A stretch of 64,000 nucleotides of DNA. It comes from an uncultured Methanosarcinales archaeon. GTDB taxonomy: Archaea > Nanobdellota > Nanobdellia > Woesearchaeales > JABMPP01. A model generated the notes under the pieces. The model was given only the letters and a program-made list of their open reading frames with translations. It did no database searches and had not been told where the DNA came from. Of this stretch, positions 39,513-50,582 are shown piece by piece; the stretch's first letter is position 1, and each line of letters begins with the position of its first letter. The translations under genes and the position numbers were made by a program. Location of the stretch: NCBI GenBank assembly GCA_964604995.1, contig CAZSAD010000001.1:1-64000 (forward strand). Direction: 5' to 3'.

Positions 39513-42500
39513 ATGGCATTAGAACAGTTAACAGAAAATTATAATGTTAAGTACGATAAAAATGCTGCTAAGAATGCAGTTGCCATACTCAAAAAAGCAT
39601 ATTCCAATCTTATTGATAATTTAGGCGGAAATGATTCCAATAAAGGCGGCAGAATTCTCGAAACAAAAATTAATAAATTATTTGAGGGTTATAATTCTAA
39701 TCAATTAGATAACAATAATCAATCAGGAATTTCAGATTTATACAATGGTAATAGGGATTATCTTAAACCAGAAGAATTTGGATTTCTTGTTTCAAACCCA
39801 ACAAAAATGGGATTTTTAGATGATGCAATATACACTGCTCTTTATTCTCCAAGTACAAGAAGACTTATGAAAGAGAGTAAAGGAATCGAAGGCGGGGATA
39901 TTTCTAAACTTAAAAAAACAGGAATCATTTTCAAGAGGGCAAGTTCTAATGCAGTTAAAGCAGCAATTCCTTTTAATGCATGGGGTCTTTCAGGAAATCC
40001 CGATAGGTATGATTCTGTAATTAAAGCACTGCATCAATTTTATACAACAGGAAATTCAAGTAGTAATTCAAGTAGTAATTCAAGTGACAATCCAAATGGT
40101 AATAGTAATACCAATACTTCTTCAAATACATTTGATGTGTATGAAAACACCTACATAAAAAGAGATGTTGACACTCTTGCTAAAATAATTTACAGTTCTT
40201 CAAATTCAGTTAGGGCAAAATCTGCAATGAAAGGTATAGCTCTAAAATTAAAAGAATCAGAAATGTTAACATTTAATCAAGATATATCAAGGCCAAGTCA
40301 AATAAAAGAAAATTCAGAAGGACAACTTGGTCCATTAAGAGGTTATTCTCTTAAAGAAAATACTTTAAAATCACTTACAAAAACTGTAGTTGTTAATTTA
40401 CCAGATGAGTTAAAAGCTCCATTCTTAGACGCTGCAGCTTTAATTTTTGGATATGAAATGGCAGGCTTAGCTACATCAGCATTAACTCCTTTAGCTTATA
40501 GGCAAGCAGTTGGTGTAACATTTGCAGGTGCCGGAACAATTGTTGGTGAAACAATCGGACATGACGCAGCTAATTATGGTAAATCAGCAGGTATTGGTTA
40601 TTTATCACCAAAATTAGGTGCAATGATGCTTGCAGCAAATGTTTTCAAAACAGCTTCTAATATCGCAAGTAAAAAAGCAAATGGAGAAAATACAGCATCA
40701 ACACTTAGAGATTTAGCTGAACTTGCAAACGCAGGAGCAACTGGATTTGTTATGGCATCAGCAGGAACAAGAGTTTATGATGATGCATGGAATTATATGT
40801 TTCATCATAACAATGATGCAACTACTAATTCAGAACATAAAGATAATAATTCAAATCACAAAAATAATAACTCAAATGATCATAAAAATGATAATAATAA
40901 ACCAAATAATCAAGACGAAAATAAAACAAACCCTAATCCAAATTCACCATCTCCAAATGCAGATCCAAATAAAACAATAGCTGATGAAAAAACAACACTT
41001 GAAACAACAATTAATCATTTTAGGCATATTGATATTTACAATGATAATGGTACACCTTGTGTTGTTGATGGTAATGAATTTGAATTAAAATTAATTCAAG
41101 ATACAGACGGACATTATCACGTTGATTTAAGAGGCATGCATCTTGATGGAAATCATCATGGGGTTATAGATAAATATTTACAGCATCAACCAATAAGTTC
41201 TGAAGAATTAAGAACAGTTATCTATGGCAAAGATGGATCAGCACAAGCTTTTACTTTTGACAAGGATATGATTTCAAAACAACCAATAGATCCAAAATAT
41301 ATACATAGTTACAATCATGGTTATGTTGATATAAGCAAAGTTGTAGACAAAATGATTGCAGGATATGAAAAAAATGCTAGCAATGACCCTTGTGACAAAA
41401 ACAATGAAGTTCATTCATTAGCAATTGCTGGTGGCAAATTACCCTGTAATGAAATAATCAAACCTTACAATCCTCCACNNNNNNNNNNNNNNNNNNNNNN
41501 NNNNNNNNNNNNNNNNNNNNNNNNNNNNNNNNNNNNNNNNNNNNNNNNNNNNNNNNNNNNNNNNNNNNNNNNNNNNNNCTGATAATAATCCTCCACCTGA
41601 TAATAATCCTCCACCTGATAATAATCCTCCACCTGATAATAATCCTCCACCAATAATTCCAGATACTAGTTTCCACTTAAAAATGCCAGAACATTCAACT
41701 TACGAAGCAGGTGTTGATTATGGTGGATATGGGTTTGATTTTGATAATTTCAGAACAATTGGTCCAGATGGGAACAATATTCATACAGGAATAAATAATC
41801 CAACTGCAACATTAACTTTAGGTTATAATGTTCCAGTTGGTCCAGGATTAATGCATATAACTCTTCATGGTGAACAATCAATAGCACCAATGCATATGAA
41901 TTTACAAAATATAAATGATGGTTCTTACATAGGAAATAGCATTCACAAAGGAGTTGGTGGTTCAATATCTTATGAATTGCTTGCTGAAAATCAAGCAGGA
42001 CAAAGAGTAGGTGGTGAAGCAGGAATACATGGTGGGATAATGTCTTATGATGACCATTATCAACCAGGAATTAATGCAACACAACAATTCAAAACAGTTG
42101 GTGTATTTGGTCAAGGAAACTATGAAGACAAAACTGTTTTTAGTGAAGTTGGTTTGGGTCATAGTATTACATCACTAGATCAAAAAGTAGATCCTGGTAC
42201 AGGTAATGAAATTAAAGGTCACATGGATGCATCTAATACTTTTATCGACGGAAAAGTTTTATTAAAATCTCCAAGTGGTAACTTTGCAGCTGGACCACGA
42301 ATTCATATTGAAAATGTGCATAACCTTCCTCAATTAACAGGAACACAAAATATTGAAGTAACCTCTACCCAATATGGCGGAGAAGCTCATCTAAAATTAG
42401 GAGATGTCAATCTTAAAGGATATGGGTTAACAACATTTGATGCAGATCCAGTAACTAAAATTAATACAGGTATTAGTGTTGAATATGATGGAGATATTGA

Positions 42501-42627
42501 TGTTGCAAGTTTATTTCATCTCAAAAATCCAGAAATTCATCTCAATACTCAATTTTTAAAAGGTAAATTTCCAACAGAAACTTTAACAGAAAAAATAATG
42601 TCAATTGGATTTAAAACAAGATTTTAA
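39513..42627 (+). CDS. Large protein (~1000+ aa) joined across an assembly gap; C-terminal beta-barrel-like domain
   Basis: GGGGT SD. The pre-gap sequence ends AATCCTCCAC, the start of the repeat unit. The post-gap sequence reads (PDNNPP)x4-PIIPDTSFHLK, in frame with ORF 41683..42627. Confidence 0.7.
40053..40085 (+). repeat. 12-nt tandem repeat (NSSS linker)
   Basis: AATTCAAGTAGT, about 2.75 copies. Confidence 0.7.
41469..41650 (+). repeat. Perfect 18-nt coding tandem repeat CCTGATAATAATCCTCCA (PDNNPP)n, partly hidden by a 100-N gap
   Basis: About 4 identical copies after the gap and a partial copy before it. Confidence 0.9.
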
Positions 42628-42715
42628 ATTTTGTTTACTTAAAATTTTATTTTAAAATTTTAAATTTACAAAAAAACAAATTCAAAAAATAACAAACAAG
42701 GAGCAAAGAAAAAAA

Positions 42716-45700
42716 ATGAAAGCTGGGAAATTATTATTAATTTTTATCGTATTATTAATATTTACTCAACTAGCTGCAGCTATTGACGTAAGCATTCTTC
42801 CAGTACAAACTGCAACTAAACCAGATACAAATGATAATTTAACTTGTTATGGAACTCCAAATGGGTACTATATATATAGATGGTATAATTCAAGATTTCC
42901 AAATTTTATAGAAATGCAAACTCTTCCTTTTTCTTACACACAAGCAGGCGACACATGGACTTGCAAAGTTTTTTTCCCGAGCCCAACTGAGCCATTAATT
43001 GGTCAAGCTTCAATTGTTATTAGAGCAGCTATACCTAATCAAGCGCCAATAGCATACAATCAAGCAGTTTCAACTCCTCAAAATACTCCTANNNNNNNNN
43101 NNNNNNNNNNNNNNNNNNNNNNNNNNNNNNNNNNNNNNNNNNNNNNNNNNNNNNNNNNNNNNNNNNNNNNNNNNNNNNNNNNNNNNNNNNNAACAGTATC
43201 AATTACTGTTACACATGTAAATCAAGCGCCAATAGCATACAATCAAGCAGTTTCAACTCCTCAAAATACTCCTAAATTAGTTACACTTCAAGCAACTGAT
43301 CCAGAAGGAAATTCTTTAACATATTATATTCAATCAAATCCATTGCATGGCACATTGAGTGTAATTAATGGCAATCAAGTAACATACATCCCAAACAATG
43401 GTTATGAAGGATTGGATTCATTTACATTTTATGTAAATGATGGAAATGTAAATAGCAACATTGCAACAGTATCAATTACTGTTACACATGTAAATCAAGC
43501 GCCAATAGCATACAATCAAAATGTAACAATGCCTCAAGATTCAACAAAAACTATCACTCTTTTTGCAACAGATTTAGAAAATGATGTTCTTACTTATTAT
43601 GTATTTTCAAATTCACAGCATGGCACATTAACACAATTAGCAAATAATGTTTATTCTTATACACCAAATCCATTATACAATGGTCATGATGAATTTTCAT
43701 TTGTTGTTTGGGATGGTTCATTATGGAGCAATGTTGCAACTATTTCAATTAACATCACTCCCGTAAATTATGTTCCATATGCAAATGCCAATGGCCCATA
43801 TAGGGGTATCGAAGGTGTTCCAATAACATTAAATGCAACAAAATCATATGACCCATTAGGTTTTGCATTACAATATAGATGGGATGTTGATTCAGATGGA
43901 ATTTATGATACTTCTTGGTTATCAAATCCATTATATAATCACATTTATGTTTATAATGCAACATACATTGCAACTTTACAAGTTAAGACTATTTCAGGAT
44001 ACACAAACACAAGTGCTGCTTTAGTTTTCGTTGCTAATAATGCTCCAGTTGTTAGAATAAATGCTAACACAACTTTAGGTTATCCTTCTTTGGCTGTTGC
44101 TTACAATGCAACTATAAGAAATGGTAATTCTCCTTTTAGTTATTCATGGGATTTTACAAATGATGGAATTTATGATAGCACTTCTACAAATCCAGTTTAT
44201 GTTTTTGCAACTGAGGGAAATTATATAACAAAATTAAGAATTGTAGATGTTGATGGAGACATTGCATTTGCAACAATAAATATAACGGTAACGCATCAAA
44301 ATACTCCTCCAATTCCAATAATTTATGTTCCACACAACAATGATACTTTTGCTAATATTACTCCAATTTTATTTGTTGGTAATGCAACAGATTTAGAAGA
44401 TGGACAAATTCCTTCAGGAAGTCTTATTTGGTCATCAAATGTATCTGGCTATCTAGGTTCTGGTTATTCATTTGTTCAAATGTTACCAATAGGTACACAT
44501 ACAATTTATCTTACAGCAATAGATTCTGAAGGTTTATTTGCAAGTACATCGGTTACAATTAATGTGTATCATAATCATCCACCAAAAGCAGATTTTAATT
44601 ACATTCCAACAAATCCTAATACAAATCAAACAATAATTTTTATATCCAATTCAACAGATTTGGATAATGATATTGTTGCATATGCTTGGGATTTTAACAA
44701 TGATAATATCACTGATGCAATTACACCAATTGCAACTTATCAATACAATTTACCAGGTAATTATCCAGTAAAACTTACTGTAACTGATTCTTTAAATCAA
44801 GCAGATTCAATAACTAAAATTGTTCCAGTTACATCAAATCTTCAAATTGCAAGATTAGATTGTTTTGATCCAATTGTTGTTTATCACAATCAAAGTTGCA
44901 CAGTAGAAGTTAGAGCAAATGGAATTTTGGTTCCAAATGCAAGTGTTAGTATTTATTACACAAATTCTTCTCTTTTTGGTACATGCACAACAGATAGATT
45001 ATCTGGGGCTTGTCAAATAATTACTCCAGTAAGTCCAATTGGCGTTTATACACTTTATGCAAATGCATTCAAACCAAATTATATTAATATAACTGGTACA
45101 AATGTCAATTACACTTTCCATGTTATAACTCAAAGATATAACATCACTAACTTAGCAGTTTACAATAATTCAGCTTATACAATAGAACACTATGATTATT
45201 ACAGAAATCAAATTTTCTGGGTAAAATTCCAAGTTATAGATTTGTTAAATAATAATGCTCCTGTAAATGATATAATTACTGCAGCAGCATTAGTAAGTCC
45301 TCCAGGAGGAAAAGTCAATCTTTCAGTTTTCAAGACATTAAACGATGGTTGGTATTATTATTGGTTGAATCCAGTTCCTCCAACTCATAGTTTCTTAGGA
45401 CAAAGCCAAGTATTTACATTTGCATACAATTTTTCAGACAATACCGGCGGACAACAACAAGTTACATTAACAATTAGAAATAATCCTCCAAAAATAATTG
45501 GACTAATTTCAAACATAACAACTTTAGTAAATACTAGTTATTCAATAGACTTAACACCTTATGAATATGATATTGAAGATTGGGATACAAATTTAACTTG
45601 GATAGCAACAACTTATAACACTAGTCAATTTATAGCAACTATAAATCCTATAACTGATGTTTTGACAATCACACCACTTTCAGTTGGATATGGTCCATTA

Positions 45701-46714
45701 AATTTAACACTCTATGATCTTGATTTGGATAGTGCTTGGCAACAAATTTTTGTAAATACCTTAGCATTATCTATTCCAAATGCAACACAATATCCACCAG
45801 TTGCAATTCCAGGTGGGAATTATTTTGAAAAAGCAACTTTCCCAATAACATTCGATGGAAGTAGATCCTATGATATCGATGGTTATATTGTCAATTACAA
45901 TTGGAATTTTGGAGATGGTACATTTGGTTCAGGCGCAATAATAAATCATGTTTATACAACTGCAGGTAACTATACAGTTTTTCTAACAGTAACAGATAAT
46001 TCAACTCTTACAAATACTAATTTTACCTATGCAATAATCCAACCATACAAACCAATGGATGTAGACATGGTAGTTACTCTTAATGGCGATCAAAATTGTG
46101 CACCAACAGAATATCAATTTTGGGCTACACCAAAAGATGGTATTGGAAGATATGATTATATTTGGGATTTTGGAGATGGTACTAGTTATCATAAAGGAGA
46201 TATCAATCAAGTTACTTATCACACTTACAAAAATCCAGGAACTTTTATTGTAAAACTTTATGCAACAGATCAAACAAAAATATGGTTAGTAAAACAGCAA
46301 GAGTTAGCACTAAGAGCATGTACTGATGATCATATTCCAAGACAAAAAGTCTATATCGAAGGAATAAACATTGTCGGTGGCGAATGTATAATGCCAGGCG
46401 ATGATGCTGATATTGCATTAACATTTGAAAATACTGGAATTTACAAAATGAAAAATGTCAAAGCAACTGTATGGATTCCAGATATTGATGTAACAGTAGT
46501 TGAAGGTCCATTCCAACTTGGTGCAGGAAAAGAGGTAACTGAACACTTAAGATTCACAGTTCCACCAAATACACCAGATGGTTTGTACGACATGCGAATT
46601 GTTGTTAGTGATGATAAAGTTAGAAGAGTAAGGTACAGAACATTGCTTGTTAAATCAAATGGATGTTATTGCAATCAAAATAATTGTTGTACACAAGTTA
46701 ATTTATGTGAATAA
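42716..46714 (+). CDS. Secreted surface protein with tandem Ig/cadherin-like repeats, PKD domains and a CARDB-like domain
   Basis: Signal peptide; NQAPIA...ATD.E...L.Y...P.HG.L...Y.P...G.D.F repeats; PKD motifs WDF.NDG, WNFGDG, WDFGDG; Cys-rich C-terminal tail; many sequons. Confidence 0.85.
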   Translation: MKAGKLLLIFIVLLIFTQLAAAIDVSILPVQTATKPDTNDNLTCYGTPNGYYIYRWYNSRFPNFIEMQTLPFSYTQAGDTWTCKVFFPSPTEPLIGQASIVIRAAIPNQAPIAYNQAVSTPQNTPXXXXXXXXXXXXXXXXXXXXXXXXXXXXXXXXXXTVSITVTHVNQAPIAYNQAVSTPQNTPKLVTLQATDPEGNSLTYYIQSNPLHGTLSVINGNQVTYIPNNGYEGLDSFTFYVNDGNVNSNIATVSITVTHVNQAPIAYNQNVTMPQDSTKTITLFATDLENDVLTYYVFSNSQHGTLTQLANNVYSYTPNPLYNGHDEFSFVVWDGSLWSNVATISINITPVNYVPYANANGPYRGIEGVPITLNATKSYDPLGFALQYRWDVDSDGIYDTSWLSNPLYNHIYVYNATYIATLQVKTISGYTNTSAALVFVANNAPVVRINANTTLGYPSLAVAYNATIRNGNSPFSYSWDFTNDGIYDSTSTNPVYVFATEGNYITKLRIVDVDGDIAFATINITVTHQNTPPIPIIYVPHNNDTFANITPILFVGNATDLEDGQIPSGSLIWSSNVSGYLGSGYSFVQMLPIGTHTIYLTAIDSEGLFASTSVTINVYHNHPPKADFNYIPTNPNTNQTIIFISNSTDLDNDIVAYAWDFNNDNITDAITPIATYQYNLPGNYPVKLTVTDSLNQADSITKIVPVTSNLQIARLDCFDPIVVYHNQSCTVEVRANGILVPNASVSIYYTNSSLFGTCTTDRLSGACQIITPVSPIGVYTLYANAFKPNYINITGTNVNYTFHVITQRYNITNLAVYNNSAYTIEHYDYYRNQIFWVKFQVIDLLNNNAPVNDIITAAALVSPPGGKVNLSVFKTLNDGWYYYWLNPVPPTHSFLGQSQVFTFAYNFSDNTGGQQQVTLTIRNNPPKIIGLISNITTLVNTSYSIDLTPYEYDIEDWDTNLTWIATTYNTSQFIATINPITDVLTITPLSVGYGPLNLTLYDLDLDSAWQQIFVNTLALSIPNATQYPPVAIPGGNYFEKATFPITFDGSRSYDIDGYIVNYNWNFGDGTFGSGAIINHVYTTAGNYTVFLTVTDNSTLTNTNFTYAIIQPYKPMDVDMVVTLNGDQNCAPTEYQFWATPKDGIGRYDYIWDFGDGTSYHKGDINQVTYHTYKNPGTFIVKLYATDQTKIWLVKQQELALRACTDDHIPRQKVYIEGINIVGGECIMPGDDADIALTFENTGIYKMKNVKATVWIPDIDVTVVEGPFQLGAGKEVTEHLRFTVPPNTPDGLYDMRIVVSDDKVRRVRYRTLLVKSNGCYCNQNNCCTQVNLCE
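43037..43518 (+). repeat. 273-nt (91-aa) near-identical domain repeat, collapsed at a 100-N gap
   Basis: AACAGTATCAATTACTGTTACACATGTAAATCAAGCGCC at 43192 and 43465; AATCAAGCGCC...AATACTCCTA at 43037 and 43220. Confidence 0.85.
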
Positions 46715-46924
46715 AATTAAAATTAAATTGTTTAATTTTAATGTTAAATTCAAGTAAAAAAATTATTTTCAAAAAAAGGGAGTATCAAATGTTATGTTTA
46801 AAAACATTTGAAATATTTAAAAAGTAAAGTCCAAAGTAGTAACTACTGGACAATGCTAAAAAACAAAAAGCTTTATAAACTATAAGCTCTTTCAAGGAGA
46901 GTAAGGTTATCGGGGGTAATAAAA

Positions 46925-48229
46925 ATGAAATATGGAAAAATGTTGATCTCAACATTGTTTGTAATTTTTGCAGCAGTTTTGTTTTCAAACAATGTAGCTG
47001 CAATAGGTGCAAATATTGACAATGTGTATCTTGACGGTGTCATGATAAAAGATACTGGCATAAATGGAATTACTAGTGTCGATAGAGGAGACCAATTTAC
47101 TCTCAAAATCGAAGTAACTGCAACTGAACCAACATCAGATGTTCAAGTCGAAGCACAAATAATTGGAGTTCATAATGAGCAAGTTTCTGATATTACCGAT
47201 ACTTTTGATATGAAAGCTAATGTTACCTACCTAAAAAAATTAACCTTAAAACTCCCTGATGTAACTGATCAAGATAGATACAGATTAAGAGTTAGAGTAG
47301 AAGATAGATCTGGAGCAACACAGCAAAAAGATTACATGCTTCAAATCGAAGCTCAAAGAAATTTAATAACAATCAAAGATGTAACATTTAACCCTGATAC
47401 TGAAGTTAAAGCAGGAAGAAGCCTCTTAACAACTGTTAGAGTCAAAAATATGGGTGAATATACTGAAGAAGGAATCAAAATAAAAGTTTCAATTCCAGAT
47501 CTTGGAATCGCTGTTTCAGATAACATAGATAAATTAGAAAGCGAAGAATCAACAACTTCAGAAGAAATGTATTTGAGAATACCAACCTGTGCACAGCCAG
47601 GTGATTACGATGTCGGAATTGAAGTTACTTATGACGATGGCGCAAAATCCGTTGACCAAATGGAAAGTATTAAAGTCGTGGAAGATGAAACATGCCCAGG
47701 TCAAAATAATAACAATAATGGCGATGATAATCAAGGAAAAACACAAGTTGTTGTTCCACAAACAAGGGATGTCAAAAAAGGCACAGGCGGCACAGCATAT
47801 CCAATAACAATAACAAATGGTGCTCCTTCAAGCCAAACATTTACTTTAGGTGTATCAGGAGTAGATACTTGGGGAACTTCAACATTTGATCCAAGTAATG
47901 TTCTAGTTGTTCCAGCAAAAGGTACATCAACTGCCTTTTTGTATTTAACAGCAAACAATGATGCTGTTAATGGAAAACACACATTTGCTTTAAGTGTATC
48001 AAATAGTGCAGGAACAGAAACATTACCAATAGAAGCTAATGTCTTGCCTGCCGATAATGCAACATCTATTGATGATGGAACAAATCTTAGAAGAATACTA
48101 GAGATCGCATTAATAGTGTTTGTCATCTTGCTTGTATTATTAGGATTAATAATTGCTTTCACAAAAATGAAAGAAATTCCTCCAAAGAAAGAAGAGGAAG
48201 TTGTCGAGCAAAAGCCAACTTATTATTAA
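46925..48229 (+). CDS. Putative S-layer-associated protein: signal peptide, CARDB/Ig-like domains, C-terminal TM
   Basis: GGGGT SD; V.N.G...E..I.V.IP.L Ig-like motif; TM LEIALIVFVILLVLLGLIIAF; acidic tail ending TYY. Confidence 0.75.
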   Translation: MKYGKMLISTLFVIFAAVLFSNNVAAIGANIDNVYLDGVMIKDTGINGITSVDRGDQFTLKIEVTATEPTSDVQVEAQIIGVHNEQVSDITDTFDMKANVTYLKKLTLKLPDVTDQDRYRLRVRVEDRSGATQQKDYMLQIEAQRNLITIKDVTFNPDTEVKAGRSLLTTVRVKNMGEYTEEGIKIKVSIPDLGIAVSDNIDKLESEESTTSEEMYLRIPTCAQPGDYDVGIEVTYDDGAKSVDQMESIKVVEDETCPGQNNNNNGDDNQGKTQVVVPQTRDVKKGTGGTAYPITITNGAPSSQTFTLGVSGVDTWGTSTFDPSNVLVVPAKGTSTAFLYLTANNDAVNGKHTFALSVSNSAGTETLPIEANVLPADNATSIDDGTNLRRILEIALIVFVILLVLLGLIIAFTKMKEIPPKKEEEVVEQKPTYY

Positions 48230-48294
48230 TATCTCTTTTTTATTTTTATTTTCAATTTTTCATACTATTATTTTTACATCATAGAGGGAATAAG

Positions 48295-50580
48295 ATGCAA
48301 AGCAATTTCAATACAAAAAAAATGTGTTTAGTATTTGCCCTCATAATTCTATTTTTTATAAGCTTTGCAAATTCTTCACTTGGACAAAACACACCTGGAC
48401 AAAATACTTATAACACTTATTCCAATTTTGAAGCACAATCAGCGAATGCAAATCTTTTAGGTTGCACTTGTACTTTAATTAAAGATTATTTTACAATAAC
48501 AAATACTGGCAATAAACTTACAACTATTACTCTTATTGCGCAAGGTGACAATGCAGACTGGTCAACTTATACTCCTCAAGTCATCCGTTTAATACCTGGT
48601 CAGAGTGTAACAAGTAGTCATTTTATTAATCCTACTTGCGGTGTATCTGGACAATATTCTATAGATACAAAGTTTGTATCAGATGAAGGGATTACTAAAA
48701 CTTTATCGCAAAATATTGATGTTAGTAATTGTTTAAATATTGAACTTTACACTTTAACTAAAAACCAAAGTGCATGTTCATGCAGTTCTCAAAAATATGA
48801 TTTTGTACTAAAAAATATAGGACCTTATGTTGAAACTTATGATATTTCAATTTCTCCATTCGAAAATTCAAGTCTTTATCCACAAACTATAATCTTAAAA
48901 CCTTCTCAATCTACTCTTTTTTCAGTAACATTAAATCCACCTTGTACAAAAGTTGGTAATCTAAACTATATTATTTTGGCCAAAGCTAGAACAAGCGGTT
49001 ATCTTGCAAAAGCTCCAATTATTTTTAATGCATTGCAGTGCAATGATTTTTCATTGTCTAATGAAGTTACTTCATTAGATGGAACATCTATCCCATTATT
49101 ATCTTGCTTAAGAGAAAACACTTTTTCAACAATTTTAGTAGATAATAAGGGTGTAAAAGATAACACTTACATTGCTAATTTATATGGGCAAGGATCCTCT
49201 TTTGCAAAATTAGGAAACAATTCTTTATTTTTATCAGAATCAGAAAATGGAGATTTTAATATAATATTATCACCAACAAAATGGTCAGATTCAAACAAAG
49301 GCAACGGTAAATTATTCAACCTACAATTAAATGTAACTGAACAAAATGGACATCTTTCAAAATCAATTGATTTACCAATTAATGTTACAGAATGCTATAA
49401 TCTAGAAGCTAGACCAGAAACTTTGGAAACAACAGTTTGCTGCGGTAAAAATGAACTTAATTTATATGTGAAAAATACAGGCATTGTCGATGAAGATGTA
49501 ACAATTATTTCAAATTCATATAATTGGACACAAATAAAAAATAGTAATTTAATATTAAGTCCAAATGAAGAAAAGTTTTCAACTTTAATATTTGATGCAC
49601 CTTGCAATGAAAAGTCTTCTTACAAAAATAGTCCTTATGATGTTATATTTAATGTAACTTTGGCAAATCAGCCAACTTTAAATGAATTAACTTCAGTTAG
49701 AATCAATGTTTTAAATAAACAGCAATGCTATGAATTATCTTCTTTTGTAAATAAAGCAAAATATTATTTTGATCAAAATCAAACATCAATTATTTTTCAA
49801 GTTCAAAACAAAGGCATTAAAAGTGCAGATTATAGTTTAAGTATGGTAGATATGCCTTATTGGGTAGATCTTGTAACACCTTACATTTCTTTGAATGCTT
49901 CGCAAATAGGCAATGTAACTTTAATGCTATATCCAAACGAATCATTAGTTGATTCTGGAAAATATCCTATAGAAATAAAATTTAATGTGTTTGAAGATAA
50001 TGCATCCTACACTTTGCCATTTAAAATAACAATTGTAAAAAAAATTGATGTCTTTGCAATTTTGCTTAACTTTGTAGAGAATAATTATCTTTATTTAATA
50101 ATTATAATTGCAATTATCCTAATAATTTGGCTCTTAAATAAAATTTATGTAAGTTACAAAACTAAAGAGTTGACAAAAAAAATTTTAAAAGAACAAGAAA
50201 AAACATTTGAAGAGCAGCGCATAAATGCATTAAGTCCAAAAGAGAGAAGAATGGAAAAATTAAAACTTGCAAATGAAAAAAGAAGAGCGGAAAAACTTGC
50301 AACTAAAAAAGAAGAAGAACAAAGAAAAACAGATAAAAAAATATTAAGATTTGTAAGATTTGGTGGTATCATTCTTGTAATTTTTTTAATAGCATTATTA
50401 CTTTTTGCACATTTCTCAAATAAATATGGGACTAATAATCCAAAACAAACAACCATTTTAGAAGACATAAAATTGCTTATGGGTGAACTCAAAGACTTCG
50501 CAATTAGCCCATTTGAATCTCAAGTTAATAATTCTACACAATTAGATAACACTATCACAAATAACAATAGTGTTAATTAA
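48295..50580 (+). CDS. Cys-rich Ig-like repeat surface protein with two C-terminal TMs
   Basis: Signal peptide; five units of C.C/CC...(I/V).N.G....Y/V...L.P; two TMs separated by a charged coiled segment. Confidence 0.75.
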   Translation: MQSNFNTKKMCLVFALIILFFISFANSSLGQNTPGQNTYNTYSNFEAQSANANLLGCTCTLIKDYFTITNTGNKLTTITLIAQGDNADWSTYTPQVIRLIPGQSVTSSHFINPTCGVSGQYSIDTKFVSDEGITKTLSQNIDVSNCLNIELYTLTKNQSACSCSSQKYDFVLKNIGPYVETYDISISPFENSSLYPQTIILKPSQSTLFSVTLNPPCTKVGNLNYIILAKARTSGYLAKAPIIFNALQCNDFSLSNEVTSLDGTSIPLLSCLRENTFSTILVDNKGVKDNTYIANLYGQGSSFAKLGNNSLFLSESENGDFNIILSPTKWSDSNKGNGKLFNLQLNVTEQNGHLSKSIDLPINVTECYNLEARPETLETTVCCGKNELNLYVKNTGIVDEDVTIISNSYNWTQIKNSNLILSPNEEKFSTLIFDAPCNEKSSYKNSPYDVIFNVTLANQPTLNELTSVRINVLNKQQCYELSSFVNKAKYYFDQNQTSIIFQVQNKGIKSADYSLSMVDMPYWVDLVTPYISLNASQIGNVTLMLYPNESLVDSGKYPIEIKFNVFEDNASYTLPFKITIVKKIDVFAILLNFVENNYLYLIIIIAIILIIWLLNKIYVSYKTKELTKKILKEQEKTFEEQRINALSPKERRMEKLKLANEKRRAEKLATKKEEEQRKTDKKILRFVRFGGIILVIFLIALLLFAHFSNKYGTNNPKQTTILEDIKLLMGELKDFAISPFESQVNNSTQLDNTITNNNSVN

Positions 50581-50582
50581 AA

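Noticed and set aside
41579..41650. CRISPR array
   Set aside because: The 18-nt units are contiguous with no spacers and are in frame within a CDS; no cas genes are present.
41458..41676. Minus-strand ORFs (WRIIIR)n and (VEDYYQ)n
   Set aside because: Alternative-frame readings of the PDNNPP repeat plus Ns.
41479..41682. Frameshift or pseudogene between ORFs 39513 and 41683
   Set aside because: The frame change comes from the arbitrary 100-N gap length; both flanks read the same repeat.
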